Shown one piece after another: positions 27,019 through 35,475 of a stretch of DNA of 64,000 nt. The notes under the pieces were generated by a model. It worked only from the letters and a program-made list of their open reading frames with translations. It searched no databases and was not told where the DNA came from. Position 1 is the first letter of the stretch. The number at the start of each line of letters is the position of its first letter. Both the position numbers and the translations under genes were made by a program. The stretch is from positions 138,180 to 202,179 of IMG/VR virus record IMGVR_UViG_3300048591_000242. The stretch is one strand, 5' to 3'. This stretch comes from a virus. Lineage: Duplodnaviria > Caudoviricetes.

Positions 27019-28041
27019 ATGTATACAGAAATCGTAGCAGAAGAATTAGAATTAGATGCAGCATTGGACTGTTGCTTGGTAAAGTCTAGACTGGTTATGG
27101 GGCTAGAGGATATATTTGAAAGTTTACCTACAGACTGTGACATGGGTAAAACGGTATTGGCTGTGGCGGCAACAAACACTGGCAATACACCCACATATAG
27201 TGCAGAAGGTATTTCCGATTTCCTCGCACAACTGTGGGAGGGGATTAAGAATGTAATGTCTAAGATCTGGGAAAACATTAAGAAATTCGGGGCATGGCTA
27301 CGTGCTGGCGTGTTAAGATTGTTTGGTATGTCCAAAAGTATAAAAGAAGAGGCGGATGGTAAACTTGACTTGGTAGGTCAGATAAAAGCGGAACAGTTAC
27401 AATTTCTTAAAGGGATGGCTGCTTATGACGATGGTATACGCAATGCAATGAATTTAAGTGAGGGTAGAGTGGGTGCCATTATAGATGCTGTTGATGAATT
27501 CAGTAAGAAAGAAATACCTACTACAGAAGAAACTATGGCCAATGCCAGGGCTTTTTTGGATGCTAAAAGAGCAGCAAAGGATGCTAAAGCTATTACCGAT
27601 AAACTGGCCATGGGGGAAATAGAAGTGACATCCACTAAAGATCCAGAATCTGGGGAAGAGACACTGGTTGGGTTTAATTATGTACCTAACAAACCAGCCA
27701 AGGACAGCGATAAGGTTACTAAAATAACCGGTAAGGATATTTCTAAAATGGCTGGAGAAATATCTAAGACAGAAAGTAAGGTCTTAGATATGACTAAACG
27801 ATTAACGGACACCAAATGGGCCGAGGATGCCATTAAGAAAATGGACTCAATGATACGTAGACTGGGTAGTGCGCCGGAAGGTAAAGTAAAACGCTACGTC
27901 GCCAGAAAATCCAGAGAACTATCTAGGGCCATCCAAACAGAAATAAAGCTCAATAAAATAATAGCCGATGACCTAAAAAAGACACTGGATGCATCCATTA
28001 GTGGTTTGGATGGGGCTCTTAAGTCACTCAGCAACAAATAA
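27019..28041 (+). CDS. Internal head protein with prohead-protease cleavage site, paralogue A
   Basis: Acidic propeptide then YSAE|GISDFLAQLWEGIK, typical of the phiKZ gp93-family S/A/G-x-E sites; start refined from 26965. Confidence 0.72.
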   Translation: MYTEIVAEELELDAALDCCLVKSRLVMGLEDIFESLPTDCDMGKTVLAVAATNTGNTPTYSAEGISDFLAQLWEGIKNVMSKIWENIKKFGAWLRAGVLRLFGMSKSIKEEADGKLDLVGQIKAEQLQFLKGMAAYDDGIRNAMNLSEGRVGAIIDAVDEFSKKEIPTTEETMANARAFLDAKRAAKDAKAITDKLAMGEIEVTSTKDPESGEETLVGFNYVPNKPAKDSDKVTKITGKDISKMAGEISKTESKVLDMTKRLTDTKWAEDAIKKMDSMIRRLGSAPEGKVKRYVARKSRELSRAIQTEIKLNKIIADDLKKTLDASISGLDGALKSLSNK

Positions 28042-28072
28042 TAGCCACCAGTAAACTTTGAGGAATGCCGTA

Positions 28073-29077
28073 ATGTATACAGAAGAATTAGAATTAGATG
28101 CAGCATTGGATGACTGCATCGCCAAGGCCAATTTAACTATCGGCCTGGAGAGTGTATTTCCAGATTTACCAGAAAATAGTAAGCTAGGTAGAAAGGTTTT
28201 AGAGGTAGCTTCCATGCATACCGGCATTACACCTACATATAGTGCTGAGGGTATAGGTGACTTTTTAATTAATGTCTGGGAAGGCATTAAAAATGTAATG
28301 TCTAAGATCTGGGAGAGTATTAAGAAGTTTGCTAAATGGGTAAAAGAGTCCATTGGCAATATGTTTGGCAAAATTGACGATAAAAGAATTGATTCAATAG
28401 CCGACAGCGATGTAGTTGTTGAAGTAGAAGAAGCTGCTGAGTTACCAGATCTTGCTAAACTTAAAAAAATGAATGAAGACGTTCTCTATGAAGGTGACGT
28501 TGAAAAGCAAATTGATGCTTTAGAGAAGGTAGATGAAGATCTTACCGATGACGTAGCTGAAGTAATAGAGGCCGGTACCGCTGAAGTAGATAAAGGTAAG
28601 GTAAAAGATCTTAATGAATTCTTTACTAATAACCAGGTAGTAATTGAATCTACTATTGACCCGCACAGTGGTAAAGAAACCAGAAATGCGGTTACTGTTG
28701 TGCCGTTAAACAGAAAAACCAATACGGTTAAAATTAAACGTATGAGTGGTAAGGATTTGGCCAAGATGGCTAAGGACACCAAGTCGCTACAAAAGGATGT
28801 AGAAGACGCAGTGGAAAATCTTACCGACACTAAATGGGGTGAAAAGCGTTTAGCCGATTTGGATAAAATCATTAAACGCATCAGTAAGGCGGGTACCTTA
28901 AAAGCTAAGAGTGTAGTAAAGAAACAGGCTATTACTCTTAGCGGTGTAGTGCGGGATAACCTTAAGGTAAAAAGAGCTATGGCTCGTGACCTATTAGAGT
29001 CATTAGAGGCCCGTATTAAAATAATTGATGGCGCCATTAAGGCTATGGAAGCTGCTGAAAAAGCCGATAAAGAGTAA
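28073..29077 (+). CDS. Internal head protein, paralogue B
   Basis: YSAE|GIGDFLINVWEGIKNVMSKIW; near-identical N-terminus to the upstream gene; GAGGA SD. Confidence 0.72.
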   Translation: MYTEELELDAALDDCIAKANLTIGLESVFPDLPENSKLGRKVLEVASMHTGITPTYSAEGIGDFLINVWEGIKNVMSKIWESIKKFAKWVKESIGNMFGKIDDKRIDSIADSDVVVEVEEAAELPDLAKLKKMNEDVLYEGDVEKQIDALEKVDEDLTDDVAEVIEAGTAEVDKGKVKDLNEFFTNNQVVIESTIDPHSGKETRNAVTVVPLNRKTNTVKIKRMSGKDLAKMAKDTKSLQKDVEDAVENLTDTKWGEKRLADLDKIIKRISKAGTLKAKSVVKKQAITLSGVVRDNLKVKRAMARDLLESLEARIKIIDGAIKAMEAAEKADKE

Positions 29078-29083
29078 CGCATT

Positions 29084-29572
29084 ATGAAATATATTCCGAT
29101 TTTTGATGATACTACGGTAGGTTCTGTATTTGCTGAGCTTTTGGCCTGTCAGAGTGAAGGGGAGACTGAGGCTACTTTAATCTTCAGTGCCCCTGATATG
29201 GGTATGTATATAGGTTTGGCCTTTAGAGACCTTTTATATACCTTTAAGGACACTCTTGCGCTTACGGCGGTAGCCCACATACCCCCTAACCTAAATGAGC
29301 TTGTAGCGATTACAGGGTTGCCTGTAGAGCAGAGAAAGATTACTAAGTCAAATCTAGTAATCTTTGTAAAAGAAACCTGGTTTATCGAAGGCTCTGTTTC
29401 TGAGCAGTACATTACTCATTCAGAAAAGCTTTTAGTAGAAAATAAAATTGTAAAACTAATAAGCGAGTCTTCTAAGCTTACCGAAGAAAACATAAACAAC
29501 CTAATTAAAGACGGTAAGGTTGTTCATGCTAAGGATGCTATAGAGGCAGGGTTATTTGGGAGTACTGTATAA
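29084..29572 (+). CDS. Catalytically inactive ClpP paralogue (ClpR-like)
   Basis: DDTTVGSVFAELLACQSE...GLAFRDLL...HAKDAIEAGLFGSTV follows the ClpP fold end to end, with no Ser at the nucleophile elbow (AHIPPN) and no His (VIFVKE). Confidence 0.72.
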   Translation: MKYIPIFDDTTVGSVFAELLACQSEGETEATLIFSAPDMGMYIGLAFRDLLYTFKDTLALTAVAHIPPNLNELVAITGLPVEQRKITKSNLVIFVKETWFIEGSVSEQYITHSEKLLVENKIVKLISESSKLTEENINNLIKDGKVVHAKDAIEAGLFGSTV

Positions 29573-30069
29573 TGGCTACTAAAAGAATACTTTACATTAC
29601 CGATGACATAGCTTTAGAAAACGGCTATGAGGTAATTATAGGTTTGCGTAAGCTAGAGGCAGAAGACCCTATCTCCCCTATAGTTTTGTTTATAAATTCA
29701 TACGGTGGCAGAGTAGACGTATGTCTGGCTATAGTAGACGTTATGAACGATCTGTCGTGTCCTGTATATACCGTGGGATACGGTCAGGTTATGTCAGCAG
29801 GTGCCTTTATTTTAGCAAACGGCTCTAAAGGTAATAGAAGCTTAGCCCCTAATGCCAGAGTACTACTACATCACCCTAACGGCAATAACGTACTGGGAGA
29901 TACAGACACCGGCATGGCTGTATTCTTAGCCTATCGTGATATGGTAGATGTATTAATAGCAGAAGCTTCTGAAAGAAGTATAGAAGAGGTATCTTCTAAG
30001 ATGTCTACTGACTATTATTTATCTGCTACAGAAGCTGTAGAATTTGGTATAGTAGATACTGTTTTATAG
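29572..30069 (+). CDS. clpP: ClpP serine protease
   Basis: LFINSYGG, QVMSAGA (Ser), LLHHP (His), STDYYLSATEAVEFGIVD (Asp); TAATG coupling to the upstream paralogue. Confidence 0.92.
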   Translation: MATKRILYITDDIALENGYEVIIGLRKLEAEDPISPIVLFINSYGGRVDVCLAIVDVMNDLSCPVYTVGYGQVMSAGAFILANGSKGNRSLAPNARVLLHHPNGNNVLGDTDTGMAVFLAYRDMVDVLIAEASERSIEEVSSKMSTDYYLSATEAVEFGIVDTVL

Positions 30070-30077
30070 CGTATTAG

Positions 30078-30110
30078 GTATAGTCCTCCATATAGAGGAC
30101 TATACTTTTT
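30078..30110 (+). terminator. Rho-independent terminator
   Basis: GTATAGTCCTC-CATATA-GAGGACTATAC plus T5. Confidence 0.8.
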
Positions 30111-30136
30111 ATGATGTTGTTTAGGTATTAGTAAAA

Positions 30137-30146
30137 TATATATTAC
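30137..30146 (+). promoter_or_regulatory. Early promoter
   Basis: TATATATTAC. Confidence 0.7.
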
Positions 30147-30270
30147 CTAGATGTATATGCACGCTAGAAAACCTCTAATTTAGCCCACAAGAGGTTTTCT
30201 AGTTTTAGCCATACAACCACAGGCCTTAAAATAAAACGGCTGTAAATGAAAATAAGAAGGAAGCATAAGA

Positions 30271-30660
30271 ATGTCAGTAGATGAAGCTTTTATGTTAAAA
30301 ATAAAACCTTTACTTAAAAACAGAGACGCTCTTTTAGAGATACAACAGTCTATAGATTTAGAGAAGCGAGAAGTAAAACGCTATCTAGATATAGAGACTA
30401 GAAAGAACAAGCACCCAGATAGAGACAGAAACTTGTCTATTCTAAAGGACGACTTAGTTTCTCTAGTAGAAAAAGGAAACTATGTTAGGGAAAAGCTACG
30501 TATACTGAAAAAGGAAAGGACTACTTTAAACAAAGCTAAAACTCGCGCTCTTAGATTTAATGATGCTTTTGTAGCAGCGGCTGAGCTTTTATTAGATGAG
30601 GAGCTATTTCTAGAGTTAGAAGCTAAGGCAGGTACATTGCTTTCTATAAACGAAAACTAA
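30271..30660 (+). CDS. Hypothetical coiled-coil protein
   Basis: 129 aa, K/R/E/L-rich heptads, AAGGA SD. Confidence 0.65.
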   Translation: MSVDEAFMLKIKPLLKNRDALLEIQQSIDLEKREVKRYLDIETRKNKHPDRDRNLSILKDDLVSLVEKGNYVREKLRILKKERTTLNKAKTRALRFNDAFVAAAELLLDEELFLELEAKAGTLLSINEN

Positions 30661-30666
30661 TAGGCA

Positions 30667-30698
30667 CTATACACTCTAGGTTGTCCTAGAGTGTATAG
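30667..30698 (+). terminator. Terminator hairpin followed by TATGCT
   Basis: CTATACACTCTAGG-TTGT-CCTAGAGTGTATAG 14-bp stem. Confidence 0.8.
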
Positions 30699-30729
30699 CC
30701 TTATGCTTCTATTCAATTTTTTTTTCAAA

Positions 30730-30739
30730 TATATATCAC
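30730..30739 (+). promoter_or_regulatory. Early promoter
   Basis: TATATATCAC. Confidence 0.68.
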
Positions 30740-30788
30740 CCTTATAGATAAAACTTAAACTTTACGTAGAGGTATAACCTCAAAAGGA

Positions 30789-31145
30789 ATGTTTTCTATG
30801 ATAGATAAAGTATTGAAAAAGGTCTTAGTACAAATAGGTAATCTTTCAGATAAAGAAGGAGTTAGTCTTACCGAAGGTATACTGATATATCCAGTAATGG
30901 GTATATTAGAATGCTGGGTAGTAGTATACCCAGAAGGACTATGCCATGCGGTTTATAAAGACGGCTACTACGTAGCTACACTTACGATACCCAAGCAGAT
31001 GATGGGTAGTTGGGATACTTTATTAAAGATAGAGCCTTCTGCTGAGCTAGCTATTCTAATGGAAGCCCTTAATGTGTTAGAGGTAGGGATTACTAATGAA
31101 GCCATCTTAAATGAACAGATTAACAAACTAATGAATAAGGAATAA
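30789..31145 (+). CDS. Hypothetical protein, tandem paralogue 1
   Basis: LTEGILI...YPEGLC motif shared with the next gene. Confidence 0.65.
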   Translation: MFSMIDKVLKKVLVQIGNLSDKEGVSLTEGILIYPVMGILECWVVVYPEGLCHAVYKDGYYVATLTIPKQMMGSWDTLLKIEPSAELAILMEALNVLEVGITNEAILNEQINKLMNKE

Positions 31146-31149
31146 GAAA

Positions 31150-31509
31150 ATGGAAACTAAGTTATCTAAACTAAAAGTAATACTGGAAATAGGGGCTACA
31201 GGTGAACCCATAGGTGCTATGCTATCTGAGGGTATACTGGTACGTAAGGTAGAGACAGAGCAAGACACATACATAGCTGCTTATCCAGACGGACTATGTA
31301 AGGTAGTCCTACAGGAAGACGGTCACTACAAAAGTACCCTAGTACTGTCTAAGCCTTTCTCATTCTGCTGGAATACGCATTTCGGTGTAACAGTAGCAGA
31401 AGTAGAAAACGATATGGCTGACGTACGGTATCTATATACCGGTATAATCTTTAAGTCTGAGATAGGAGACAGACTACGAGAATTAATGGAGTCTAAATAT
31501 GCAGCATAA
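31150..31509 (+). CDS. Hypothetical protein, tandem paralogue 2
   Basis: LSEGILV...YPDGLC motif; AAGGA SD. Confidence 0.65.
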   Translation: METKLSKLKVILEIGATGEPIGAMLSEGILVRKVETEQDTYIAAYPDGLCKVVLQEDGHYKSTLVLSKPFSFCWNTHFGVTVAEVENDMADVRYLYTGIIFKSEIGDRLRELMESKYAA

Positions 31510-31934
31510 AACATTACTCTCAGATTTCGGTCTGAGAGTATTTTCTATATTCTTTATTTTTTGTAAAAAAATCCTAGTAATAAAATACTGGCTAGGAGTT
31601 ATATGGACATCAGTTTTTCAGAATTATTTTTCACGTAAACATTGAATGCAATGATGTCGGTTTATTCGTCGGGGCCTTACGCCCCCTCCTCATAAACCTC
31701 CCCTCTTTTTACAAATCATCAGTAAACTGAATTAATTTTTACTAAATTTTGATATGTATGAACATAGTTTTTTAACATAAAAATGAGGTACAAAGTAACT
31801 CATTTTCTATACTAAAAATGTAAGTTTAAATTAAAATATTTTAATAGTATATTTTACCTTTAGTTTAGGTTACTAAACTAAAACAGAGGCAGTATGTTAG
31901 TTAACTATTCTAAACCTTTAAAACAATTAAGCTT

Positions 31935-31994
31935 CTCTTATTCTCACTAAGCAATAACGTGAGTGAGAATAAATAACGTGAGTGAGAATAAGAG
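31935..31994. repeat. 19-bp tandem direct repeat with an overlapping 14-bp inverted repeat
   Basis: AATAACGTGAGTGAGAATA x2 (31953-31990); CTCTTATTCTCACT (31935-48) is the reverse complement of 31981-94. Confidence 0.85.
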
Positions 31995-32279
31995 AGTATA
32001 TGTTTGTTTTACTGCAAAAAGAGAAAAGACTAGTTTTGATTTATATCTAGCCTTATACTTCTACCTGATCTTTAGCGTATGCTTATACTAAAGCGACTAG
32101 CGCTACACAAATTGGATTAGGGCCGTTTTCTGAAACCATATATTAAACCAGTATAAACGTAAACGAGAAGGCTCCTAATCTTCTTATAGAGAGCATATTG
32201 GCTATGTACCTATACAAAGGTATAGGTAAAATAAACTAAGCTTGTATGGGCTTACAATTAGCTTTAAGAAACATTCAGA

Positions 32280-32289
32280 TATATATCAC
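32280..32289 (+). promoter_or_regulatory. Early promoter
   Basis: AGA-TATATATCAC. Confidence 0.7.
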
Positions 32290-32351
32290 TTTTATAGAAG
32301 AAGACAATACCTGTCTTTACCTAATAGGGTTTTAAACCCAGGAGATTTAAT

Positions 32352-32924
32352 ATGAATACTGAAACTAATGTAAATGTAGATTCCTTGAATATTTCTGATA
32401 GAGATAAAGAGGGATTAAGAGAAATACAAAATGACTCCGAACTCAGTAATGAGGGAGTTATGGTAGTTCCATTCAAAAACGAATGGATTAGTGGTGATGG
32501 TACATTGGCTAATGCTACTGAGGAGCCAGTACCTCAAGGAAAGATCAGAATATTTGTAGACCCTACTGGTAGAAAGGCTATGCTCATAGGTACCGTAGCT
32601 GGTACTATTGTAGTCTATAACAAGTATCCTGGTAATAACGAAATAGTGGTTTGTAATTTGCCTAATGGATTTGATCTTGGTATTACGGAGATGCGTGAGG
32701 ATGATTTGAACTTCTTTGCGTCATTAGCTACAGAGGAAGAGCTATGCCCATTCAAGGCAAAGGCTTTATATTACATGTGGAAGTTGGAGGACGGCCGTAT
32801 CGGCGACTACGATTATGACTTAGAAACGCTGATGAACAAGAAGGACATCGTACCTAGATGGAGTGAGGAGCTAGATGAGTTAGATATAGAAAGACTCATT
32901 AGAGCATATTCTTCCGCTAGATAA
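32352..32924 (+). CDS. Hypothetical acidic protein
   Basis: 190 aa, AGGAG SD, early promoter. Confidence 0.7.
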   Translation: MNTETNVNVDSLNISDRDKEGLREIQNDSELSNEGVMVVPFKNEWISGDGTLANATEEPVPQGKIRIFVDPTGRKAMLIGTVAGTIVVYNKYPGNNEIVVCNLPNGFDLGITEMREDDLNFFASLATEEELCPFKAKALYYMWKLEDGRIGDYDYDLETLMNKKDIVPRWSEELDELDIERLIRAYSSAR

Positions 32925-32948
32925 AACAACAGATTAAGGAAACTATTT

Positions 32949-33374
32949 ATGGCTAAACAAACTAAAGGTAAAGTGGAATGGGAATTTGACGTGTTTTTAA
33001 GGAGGACAACTAGTTCTATCCCAATCACCGGCTATTCCGATATAATCAACAAGGCTGTAGTTGTTGCAGAAGTACCAATTGTTGTCAATGAGGCATTTGA
33101 GTATATTGCCACTGTGCTTGGTTCCAATATAGAAGCATCTAAAACTAGTACATTAAGATTATTTTCTGGTAGCGAGCTTCTTACAAGTGAATATGGCGAT
33201 TCTTTCCGGGCACGGGTACTTGAAAAACTAACACCTTTCTATACGGGTCGTCTAGATGTTGCCTATGACACTTACATCCATGTGCCATATCTAATGAGTA
33301 GGATGAGCCATTTGTATCCACCAGGATATCAGAATCCTGGCTATCAAAATAGATATGGTAGCCCACTTGGTTAG
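32949..33374 (+). CDS. Hypothetical protein
   Basis: 141 aa, AAGGA SD, C-terminal PPGYQNPGYQN repeat. Confidence 0.65.
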   Translation: MAKQTKGKVEWEFDVFLRRTTSSIPITGYSDIINKAVVVAEVPIVVNEAFEYIATVLGSNIEASKTSTLRLFSGSELLTSEYGDSFRARVLEKLTPFYTGRLDVAYDTYIHVPYLMSRMSHLYPPGYQNPGYQNRYGSPLG

Positions 33375-33387
33375 TGCTGTAGTTAGA

Positions 33388-33417
33388 ATAAGAGGGGCTT
33401 CCCTCTTATTTTTTTTA
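33388..33417 (+). terminator. Rho-independent terminator
   Basis: ATAAGAGGG-GCTT-CCCTCTTAT plus T-tract. Confidence 0.8.
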
Positions 33418-33458
33418 ATTAAATGCTATGGATTAAACATTTAAATTAGGAATTAGTT

Positions 33459-34304
33459 ATGGCGTTTTGGTCGGATTTAAGAATAGCAGTTAAGGAAATG
33501 CGGTATATCAAATATCTCTCTTGGTCTAATAGAGGGGATGGTCCTTATATGAACTGGCCTGAAGATAAACAGGTGATACGGGGCTTTAGAGGTACTATAG
33601 CTGGCATACTAAGTGCCTTTGTAGGGGATCACTCTAATAAGCCAGTCAGTGCTCCTTTAATAGCCAACAAGTACATGGACAATTATAAGGAAGACGAGAT
33701 TTGGATTTTTGTAAACGGTATTATGACAGATACCGATATTTTGAAGAATAACGGCGAGGCTTTAAATTACATATTTAGAAGGCCTATCCATCTTTATCAT
33801 AATCCTACTCGTGGCTTTATAAATGACATAGCTGAGGTTATGTTTGAGCGTACCTTTGAAGGGGTAAGTGACATTACCAGACAGATCTATGTTAGAGTAT
33901 TAGCACTTTTAAACTCCGGTACAAAGGTTAGGCTTATCGGCCACAGTCAGGGTACCATTATTCTAAGCGCAGTAATGGATTTACTTTTAGAGGCTAATGT
34001 AGTATTAGCAGAAGGAGACCTAGAGGTCTACTGTTTAGCAGGAGCTGATCGTAGAATGGCGGTACCTAAAAATACACACATTGAGTCCTTTGCCAATGAG
34101 CTAGACTATGTGGCACGCATAGGTACTTTAGCTCACGATATGCATGTGGCTGGGCCTACCTATATTCGTAAAGGAGCTACTGGACACTTATTAAACTGTC
34201 ACTATTTACCTGGTTTGGTAAGGGGCTCATTTGGTACTGAGAATAAGCTGTTTGATTATGTAGATCCAAAGGTGTTTATTGACTTAGAATTATCTAATAG
34301 ATAA
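33459..34304 (+). CDS. Alpha/beta hydrolase (lipase/esterase-like)
   Basis: FVNGI oxyanion strand, LIGHSQG nucleophile elbow, NELD (Asp), GHLL (His). Confidence 0.8.
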   Translation: MAFWSDLRIAVKEMRYIKYLSWSNRGDGPYMNWPEDKQVIRGFRGTIAGILSAFVGDHSNKPVSAPLIANKYMDNYKEDEIWIFVNGIMTDTDILKNNGEALNYIFRRPIHLYHNPTRGFINDIAEVMFERTFEGVSDITRQIYVRVLALLNSGTKVRLIGHSQGTIILSAVMDLLLEANVVLAEGDLEVYCLAGADRRMAVPKNTHIESFANELDYVARIGTLAHDMHVAGPTYIRKGATGHLLNCHYLPGLVRGSFGTENKLFDYVDPKVFIDLELSNR

Positions 34305-34309
34305 AACTC

Positions 34310-34339
34310 TATACCCTAGGGCCAGTGCCCTAGGGTATA
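34310..34339 (+). terminator. Terminator hairpin followed by TATGCCGT
   Basis: TATACCCTAGGG-CCAGTG-CCCTAGGGTATA. Confidence 0.8.
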
Positions 34340-34420
34340 TATGCCGTTATTTTTTAATTAATTAAAGTATTTAGTTAAATTATGAATCTTAATAAAAACG
34401 TAAGAAAGGAATATACTAAA

Positions 34421-34966
34421 ATGAAAGAAAATAAATTTCCAGAATTAATGAGTCCTAGATACTTCATACTCGGCTTCGGACGAGCAGGGAAAGACTCCGT
34501 AGCTGAGATGTTAGTAAAAAAGTTAAACTACAACATGGCTGCTTCTAGTTGGATTTGTGCTAATGAGTTTATCTTTGATAGGCTAAAGAATACCTTTGGA
34601 TATAAGACGGTAGATGAGTGCTTCAGGGACAGGCATAGAAATCAGGAAATGCGCGACCTGTGGCATAACCTAATATTTGAATATAACCAAAATGACTTAA
34701 CTAGATTAAGTAAACTTATATTCAAACACAACAACATCTATGTCGGTATAAGAAAAGATGTAGAGCTGTTGGCTGCACAAGAAATAGGTTTAGCGGATCA
34801 CTACATCTGGGTAGAGGCAGGGGATAGGATAGAGCCTGAGCCCATTACAAGCATGAATGTTACTAAAGACATGGCTGACTATGTTTTAGATAATACTGGC
34901 CCTGAAGAGCATTTAGAGGCTATGGTAGATATGATGATAAATGATTTAAACCTACAGCCTATGTAA
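34421..34966 (+). CDS. Deoxynucleoside monophosphate kinase-like P-loop protein
   Basis: GFGRAGKD P-loop, GIRKDVE, YVLDNTG; AAGGA SD before ATG 34421 (track start 34382). Confidence 0.75.
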   Translation: MKENKFPELMSPRYFILGFGRAGKDSVAEMLVKKLNYNMAASSWICANEFIFDRLKNTFGYKTVDECFRDRHRNQEMRDLWHNLIFEYNQNDLTRLSKLIFKHNNIYVGIRKDVELLAAQEIGLADHYIWVEAGDRIEPEPITSMNVTKDMADYVLDNTGPEEHLEAMVDMMINDLNLQPM

Positions 34967-34988
34967 ATTGTCTCAGCTAACCTTCAGG

Positions 34989-34998
34989 TATATATAAC
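34989..34998 (+). promoter_or_regulatory. Early promoter variant
   Basis: AGG-TATATATAAC. Confidence 0.55.
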
Positions 34999-35170
34999 CG
35001 TTATAGAAGACAGATGTTGTCTTCTATATCCAATAAAGCTTTATAGGTCTGGATAATGTTTTTGTAAAAGGCATACAAGCGGGTTGGGTTGACACACTAA
35101 CCGAAGATGAGTTGGCTTTAATAAGGTCGGCTTACCTTAAAGTATAAATTTAATTTACCTGGAGTAAAAC

Positions 35171-35422
35171 ATGTCTAAGTTAAACCCTAATGAGGTAGAG
35201 GTTGTTAAATTTGGTACAGTAGTAGTTGAAAACAAATATGATCTTCTACGTACCATGTTAAATGACGTACTTGTAGAGCTTAATAAAATACCATCTAATG
35301 AGCAAAGAGAAGAGATTGGTATCAAGTTAGCTGGCGGTATAATTACCTTAAGTAAAAACCCAACCCTAAGAACCTTTCCGGCTTTTGAGAAAATAGTAGA
35401 CGCTAAGGTTATTATTAAATAA
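35171..35422 (+). CDS. Small hypothetical protein
   Basis: 83 aa, GGAG SD, followed by a terminator. Confidence 0.65.
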   Translation: MSKLNPNEVEVVKFGTVVVENKYDLLRTMLNDVLVELNKIPSNEQREEIGIKLAGGIITLSKNPTLRTFPAFEKIVDAKVIIK

Positions 35423-35434
35423 AGCATAAAGCAC

Positions 35435-35465
35435 AGCTAGACTAGGGGATTCCCCTAGTCTAGCT
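35435..35465. terminator. Bidirectional terminator
   Basis: AGCTAGACTAGGGG-ATT-CCCCTAGTCTAGCT 14-bp stem between convergent genes. Confidence 0.85.
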
Positions 35466-35475
35466 TGTTTATTTT

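Noticed and set aside
31953-31990. Possible mini-CRISPR array
   Set aside because: Only two directly adjacent 19-bp copies with no spacer; no cas genes
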